This document shows, one piece after another, positions 59,086 through 64,000 of a stretch of DNA of 64,000 bases. Location: NCBI GenBank assembly GCA_043826565.1, contig JBDRPX010000035.1, positions 31,299-95,298 on the forward strand. Direction: 5' to 3'. The translations under genes were made by a program, and so were the position numbers. Source of the DNA: Candidatus Omnitrophota bacterium. Lineage in GTDB: Bacteria > Omnitrophota > Gorgyraeia > B26-G9. The notes under the pieces were generated by a model. It worked only from the letters and a program-made list of their open reading frames with translations. It did no database searches and was not told the origin of the DNA. Position 1 is the stretch's first letter; each line of letters begins with the position of its first letter.

Positions 59086-59097
59086 AATCTAACCTCA

Positions 59098-59163
59098 TTT
59101 TTCTATCTTCTATTTTCTTGTTTTTTGATTTTCTATACGCTATCCGCTATACGCTCCACGCTA
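59098..59163. repeat. 7-bp arrays (TTCTATY and CGCTATM families) between leuC and leuD
   Basis: ttctatc-ttctatt, and ctatacg-ctatccg-ctatacg-ctccacg-cta. Confidence 0.65.
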
Positions 59164-60444
59164 TATTTTACTCGGATGAGTAACACAACCGGTAATCGCG
59201 CTCGCCGCGGCAACAGCCGGACTGCTTAAGATAACTTCACTTTCCGGATGCCCCATGCGCCCGACGAAATTTCTATTCGTTGTCGCTATCGCCCGTTCTC
59301 CCTTAGCCAAAATACCCATGTGCCCGCCTAAACAAGGACCGCAGGTAGGAGTAGAAACAACCGCATTTGCTTTAACAAAAATTTCCAACAATCCTTCTTT
59401 CATTGCCTGAGAATAAATCTTCTGGGTAGCGGGAAAAACAATACAGCGCACATCCGGATGGACTTTTTTTCCTTTTAGAATTTTTGCCGCAATACGTAAA
59501 TCAGTGATTCTTCCGTTTGTACATGAGCCGATAACGACCTGATCAACACGCATTTTTTTGAGTTTGCTGACCGGCCGGGTATTGCTCGGTAAATGCGGCA
59601 AAGACACCTGCGGTTCTATCTCGGAAACATTGATCTCTATAGTTTTTTCATATTCAGCATCGGAATCACTTTTTAAATAATCATAGTTTTTCGCTAATCT
59701 GCCCTTAGCAGGATTATTATGCGCCTTTACATATTCCATAGTAATCGCATCCGGTTCAATCAATCCGGCTTTTCCTCCGGCTTCAATCGCCATATTCGAC
59801 ATAGTAAAACGGTCATCAATCGCAAGATGCTTAATAACCGGACCGGTAAATTCCATCGCTTTATAAAGTGCACCGTCAACACCGATCAATCCGATTGTAT
59901 AAAGAATCAGATCTTTTCCGGAAACCCATTTATTCATTTTCCCCTTATACACAAAACGAATGGTTTCCGGCACCCGAAACCACGCTTTTCCCGTAGCCCA
60001 GCAGGCGGCCAAATCAGTAGATCCCACTCCGGTAGCAAACGCACCTAAAGCCCCGTATGTACAAGTATGCGAATCTGCTCCGATAATAAGTTCTCCGGGA
60101 CGAACTAATCCACACTCCGGCAGTAGAGCGTGCTCAATACCCATCCGCCCCACTTCAAAATAATTCACAAGTTTCTGCTCTTTAGCAAATTCCCGCAAAA
60201 CCTTTGCCTGCTCAGCGCTTTTTATATCCTTAGCCGGAGTAAAATGATCCGGAACAAGCACGACTTTCTTTCGATCATATACTTTTTTAACCCCGATCTT
60301 TTTAAACTGATCGATAGCTATAGGTGCAGTTATATCATTCCCCAAAGCAACATCTACATCAGCGTAAACAAAATCACCGGCCTTAACTTTTTTTGCTCCC
60401 TTAACATGAGCATTAAATATTTTTTCCGAAATCGTAAATCCCAT
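59161..60444 (-). CDS. leuC: 3-isopropylmalate dehydratase large subunit
   Basis: [37 protein letters not shown]. Confidence 0.96.
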   Translation of the reverse strand: MGFTISEKIFNAHVKGAKKVKAGDFVYADVDVALGNDITAPIAIDQFKKIGVKKVYDRKKVVLVPDHFTPAKDIKSAEQAKVLREFAKEQKLVNYFEVGRMGIEHALLPECGLVRPGELIIGADSHTCTYGALGAFATGVGSTDLAACWATGKAWFRVPETIRFVYKGKMNKWVSGKDLILYTIGLIGVDGALYKAMEFTGPVIKHLAIDDRFTMSNMAIEAGGKAGLIEPDAITMEYVKAHNNPAKGRLAKNYDYLKSDSDAEYEKTIEINVSEIEPQVSLPHLPSNTRPVSKLKKMRVDQVVIGSCTNGRITDLRIAAKILKGKKVHPDVRCIVFPATQKIYSQAMKEGLLEIFVKANAVVSTPTCGPCLGGHMGILAKGERAIATTNRNFVGRMGHPESEVILSSPAVAAASAITGCVTHPSKI

Positions 60445-60516
60445 AACAAATTTCCCCTTCCACAACTATACTTGTCTTTTTCTGTTTTTATTTTTTGTTT
60501 TTATTTTTTGTTTTTT

Positions 60517-60552
60517 AGTCTATGGTCCATAGTCTATTGTCTCTAGTCTATT
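60517..60552. repeat. 7-bp array (RGTCYAT family) overlapping the argA stop
   Basis: agtctat-ggtccat-agtctat-tgtctct-agtctat. Confidence 0.7.
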
Positions 60553-60995
60553 GTTTTAATCATTGCTGTTTCATCACAGTCGGGGAATTTGATACATTCG
60601 ACACAATCACTCCATATTTTATGAGGAAGCGTCGCTTTATCCACAATTTTAAACCCGAATTTTTCAAAATACCCGATATGCGCAGTAAGCAAAAATGTTC
60701 TAGTTATCCCAAAGTGTTTTGCATCTTCTAAACAAAAATTAATTAATTGTGTACCAATCCCTTTTTTTTGATAGGCGTCATCTACAATAAGTGAGCGTAT
60801 TTCCGCCAAATTCCCCCAGGTGATATGTAAAGCACAACATCCAATAATAATACTATTTTCCGCACAAACCACAAAATCACGAATATTCTCATATATATTA
60901 TTTAAAGAGCGGGGCAAAACCTGGCTTTTTTTCGCGTGAGTATTTATCAGCGCTTGAATCGCTTCAACATCTTTAACATTAGCTTTTCGAATCAT
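60543..60995 (-). CDS. argA: Short GNAT amino-acid N-acetyltransferase (ArgA-like)
   Basis: LPRSLNNIYENIRDF, LAEIRSL, LPHKIWSDCVECIKFPDCDE. Confidence 0.8.
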   Translation of the reverse strand: MIRKANVKDVEAIQALINTHAKKSQVLPRSLNNIYENIRDFVVCAENSIIIGCCALHITWGNLAEIRSLIVDDAYQKKGIGTQLINFCLEDAKHFGITRTFLLTAHIGYFEKFGFKIVDKATLPHKIWSDCVECIKFPDCDETAMIKTID

Positions 60996-61005
60996 AATTT
61001 ATACC

Positions 61006-61413
61006 TCATATTATAATTTCTACCGCCCGGTAAGGACACAATGGAACACATAAACCGCAGGCAATACATTTATTCTTATTAAACTCGACCCGCATATCCA
61101 CTTTGTTTGTAAAAAACGCTCCCGTCGGACACACTGTAATACATTTCGTGCAATGGATACATTTCCTTTCATCCCACTTAATATCCTGAATGAGTGATTC
61201 TATTTTAACTCCTGTTTTTTTAAGATAATCAATGCCGGCATCAAGATTCTGCTTATTACCTTCAATCTCTAATACCAGTAACCCGAGTTCATTAGGTGTA
61301 ATATTAGCCTTTAAAATATTCACGATCAGGTCAAAGTCCTTAATCAGGTGATAGGTTATCGGCTTACTCAGCAGATCATGCGGAAATGTTAAAACAACTC
61401 TTTTTTTATTCAT
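61006..61413 (-). CDS. NIL-domain / 2x[4Fe-4S] ferredoxin protein
   Basis: NILKANI, CIHCTKCITVCP, CIACGLCVPLCP. Confidence 0.88.
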   Translation of the reverse strand: MNKKRVVLTFPHDLLSKPITYHLIKDFDLIVNILKANITPNELGLLVLEIEGNKQNLDAGIDYLKKTGVKIESLIQDIKWDERKCIHCTKCITVCPTGAFFTNKVDMRVEFNKNKCIACGLCVPLCPYRAVEIII

Positions 61414-61429
61414 CAGGTCACCTTAACTT

Positions 61430-61984
61430 CTAATTATTCTCTTTAACAATTACCGTATCCACAGCATCAAGCAAATCCTTGGCGATAAAATCCGGTTTTA
61501 ACTCAAAATCATTGATCTCTTCCCGATCTTTAGTATTCCCGGAAAGAACTAATATTGTTCGGAATCCAAGTTTTTGTCCTGCCTGAATATCCCTGGCACT
61601 ATCTCCAATAACAAATACCTGCCCCGGGTCTACTTTTCTACCAACAATCGCCTGTTCAAAAAGTCCGGTCTTAGGCTTACGGCAATCACATGCATCCTCA
61701 TCTCTATGCAGACAATAGTGAACTTTATTAACATTTCCGCCGCCTGCTTTTATTGCTCCCAGCATATTTTGTGTCATCCGGGATAACTCTTCTTCTGTAT
61801 ACAGCCCTTTGGCTACACCAGCCTGATTAGAAATCACAAAGATTTCAATCCCAAGATCCGTAATTTTTTTAATCGCCTCTATAGAACCAGGTAAAAACTC
61901 GAAGTGCTCCCAAGACCGGACATATTGGTCTTTATTGTTTTTATTTATAACTCCATCCCTATCTAAGAGAATGATTTTTACCAT
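61430..61984 (-). CDS. gmhB: D-glycero-D-manno-heptose 1,7-bisphosphate phosphatase (HAD family)
   Basis: LDRDGVIN, SNQAG, CLH...CDCRKP, IGDS..D. Confidence 0.8.
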   Translation of the reverse strand: MVKIILLDRDGVINKNNKDQYVRSWEHFEFLPGSIEAIKKITDLGIEIFVISNQAGVAKGLYTEEELSRMTQNMLGAIKAGGGNVNKVHYCLHRDEDACDCRKPKTGLFEQAIVGRKVDPGQVFVIGDSARDIQAGQKLGFRTILVLSGNTKDREEINDFELKPDFIAKDLLDAVDTVIVKENN

Positions 61985-62043
61985 GATTTTGTTCCTAAAA
62001 GTTGTTTAAATATTTTCTTTCATATTAAGTCGATTATTATATA

Positions 62044-63579
62044 TTAACCTACGGCGTTTGTCAAATCCGTCATGTCCGAAAAAAATCTCTGCCTCCGAGA
62101 GTAAAAACCAATCACTAAAACCACAAACAAGTAATAAATAGACACCCCTGCGAAAGAAATATCTTTTATTTCCCAATAGGCCCCGGGAAAACCTAAGAAA
62201 ACTATGTTTATTTTGTATAGCAAAGCAACTAAGAGTTCACAGCTTAGCGCTAAAGGCCCGAGCAATCCGGGGATTATTCCTCCTAAAATAATCATCAAAA
62301 AACCACTAGCAATAACGATAAACAAAAACGGCACTATGATAATATTCGCGATAACCGCTATCGGGGTAAAGAGTTGAAAATAATAGGCAATTATTCCCGT
62401 TGCTCCCAGCCAGGCGGAAACAGACACACTGAAACTTTTCAAAATCAAAGCTAACCACTTATTTTCCTTCCATTTAACCGGAAAAATACTCAATATTGTA
62501 TTTGTGAACTTAAAAATAGAAAGAACGCAGGCAAAAGACAGTTGAAATCCAACTTCAAATAATTGCCACGGATTTACATATAGAATAATAAGCGCGGATA
62601 AACTTAAAGCACTGTACGGATCATAATCTCTGTTTAATAACACTCCGGAGAGAAAAACTACGGTCATAATCGTTGCCCGGACAACCGAAACCCTCCCTCC
62701 GGTGAATATACAGAACCCGCATAAAGCAATAATCGCCAGCAAATATCTTAGCCGAAACGGCATTTGGCAGAGTTTCAGTAAGGATATTATTATCATCGCA
62801 ACTATGCCGACATGTAATCCGGAAACAGCCAGAATATGTACGGTCCCGGTTCTTTGCAATGCGGTATTTATAAATCTCGGCACATCTTCCCTGTCCCCTA
62901 AGATCATCGCGCTCATTATTTTCCCCGCATTTTCCGACAAATGGACATTAATCATTTGCTTAACTTTACTTTTTAAAGACAGGATGATTGTTTTTATAGA
63001 GTTGTTTTGCTTTGATTGTTCAACTGTTATCTTGCCTTGCTTGCCGACGCTTAGAATCGAATATATCCCTTTTCGTTTAAGAAACTCACGATACCTGAAT
63101 CTCCCGCTATTGGGGAAGTTATATGGTTTATATAATGTTCCGGAAACAGTGATCCTGTCTTGATCATTGATTTTTTCCTTTTTAAAAAAATTCACTAAAA
63201 GATTCCCCTGAATTGGAAAATCTTTATTATCAATTACAATCTTTTCCGTTTTCACAATAAAAATAGTTTTATTCTTTTTCTTTACCGGGGCAGAAATCAC
63301 CAACCCTTTTACTGAAACAAACTTCCCTTTATGCGGAGTAATTTTGGCGATATGATTATTCGGTAAGATTTGTGCGATTAAAAAATGGCAATACCCTAAA
63401 TAAAAACAGCACAGAATCAGCGAAAATCGGAATGTAATTTTATCCTCTAAATTAACAAATAAGCTGATAAAAGCAGCGATGAGACAAGCAAACGAAAACC
63501 AGACATTTAAAGAAACAAACGAAGCCGCAACAATTCCGCAAATAATTGAGATACACACCACCACCAAAGGACGTTTCAT
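62044..63579 (-). CDS. comEC: Competence DNA channel ComEC/Rec2, without the C-terminal metallo-beta-lactamase domain
   Basis: OB-fold region, HILAVSGLHV, SVVRA, GFQLSF. Confidence 0.92.
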   Translation of the reverse strand: MKRPLVVVCISIICGIVAASFVSLNVWFSFACLIAAFISLFVNLEDKITFRFSLILCCFYLGYCHFLIAQILPNNHIAKITPHKGKFVSVKGLVISAPVKKKNKTIFIVKTEKIVIDNKDFPIQGNLLVNFFKKEKINDQDRITVSGTLYKPYNFPNSGRFRYREFLKRKGIYSILSVGKQGKITVEQSKQNNSIKTIILSLKSKVKQMINVHLSENAGKIMSAMILGDREDVPRFINTALQRTGTVHILAVSGLHVGIVAMIIISLLKLCQMPFRLRYLLAIIALCGFCIFTGGRVSVVRATIMTVVFLSGVLLNRDYDPYSALSLSALIILYVNPWQLFEVGFQLSFACVLSIFKFTNTILSIFPVKWKENKWLALILKSFSVSVSAWLGATGIIAYYFQLFTPIAVIANIIIVPFLFIVIASGFLMIILGGIIPGLLGPLALSCELLVALLYKINIVFLGFPGAYWEIKDISFAGVSIYYLFVVLVIGFYSRRQRFFSDMTDLTNAVG

Positions 63580-63587
63580 TGCCTCCC

Positions 63588-63959
63588 CTATAATTTTACA
63601 TGATTTTCTATTACTATAAGTTTTTTAGGCCCGATTCCTTTGACTTCCATTAATTCGTCTTTTGTTTTAAATAATCCATTTTTCCGGCGATATTCAATTA
63701 TTCGGTTGGCAATTACCGGTCCGATTCCGGGGATACGGCAGAGTTCTTGGGCATTGGCTTGATTAAGCGCGATTAATTCCGGGTGACTATCCTGAGTTGA
63801 AGCAACTAATGGAGAGATTCTATTGTCCTGGCTAATAGCCATGATCCGCTCAGCTGCTTGTGAGTTATTTTTCTTAACCCAGCTTAATCCCAACCCCAGA
63901 ATCAAAACAGCGAGAACAAAGACAATAATTTTTCTTTCTTCTATAATAAAGTCCTGCAT
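63588..63959 (-). CDS. comEA: Competence DNA-binding HhH protein
   Basis: LNQANAQELCRIPGIGPVIANRIIEYR, VKGIGPK. Confidence 0.9.
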   Translation of the reverse strand: MQDFIIEERKIIVFVLAVLILGLGLSWVKKNNSQAAERIMAISQDNRISPLVASTQDSHPELIALNQANAQELCRIPGIGPVIANRIIEYRRKNGLFKTKDELMEVKGIGPKKLIVIENHVKL

Positions 63960-64000
63960 GACTCCCCCCCCAAAAAAACGCCTACAGGTATTTGCGGAAA

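Noticed and set aside
20-63163. All plus-strand ORFs and the short alternative-frame minus-strand ORFs in the track
   Set aside because: They are antisense or off-frame shadows of well-supported genes, with no recognisable motifs
1-64000. All genes on one strand as a sign of a prophage or island
   Set aside because: The content is core housekeeping plus pilus genes, with no integrase or phage genes; ordinary leading-strand bias is the simpler explanation

Overview
A 64 kb bacterial chromosome segment in which every credible gene lies on the minus strand. Gene content and repeat style suggest a PVC-group organism such as Ca. Omnitrophota (inference only). Housekeeping blocks flank a ~28 kb type IVa pilus locus at 15.3-43.3 kb. 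They are rpsA-plsC-cmk-tyrA-aroF-hisC-pheA-scpBA-trpS-infB-nusA-rimP, rodA-mrdA-mreDCB-aroA, and truA-asd-leuBDC-argA-gmhB-comEC-comEA. The pilus locus has two PilT, a stand-alone receiver, a stand-alone MshEN-type protein, two PilB, PilC, PilS/PilR, a sigma54-driven pilin pair, a MerR-like mini-regulator, a diguanylate cyclase, a PilM-PilN fusion, PilO, PilP and PilQ. It also has a tandemly duplicated cassette of pilV, pilW, a giant pilX and an unknown gene. A truncated TpsA/filamentous-haemagglutinin gene that is missing from the ORF track starts at 747, behind a canonical c-di-GMP-I riboswitch. The most unusual signals are: (1) a second c-di-GMP-I riboswitch ahead of the minor-pilin cassettes, with a 57-nt two-hairpin insertion in its core and a duplicated 3' strand that forms the terminator; (2) a tandem array of CsrB-like GGA stem-loops in front of aroA; (3) a composite intergenic repeat whose core is inverted between its two copies; (4) many heptamer-periodic intergenic arrays. 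No tRNA, rRNA, CRISPR array or transposase was recognised. All calls come from reading the sequence by eye; no database searches were run.
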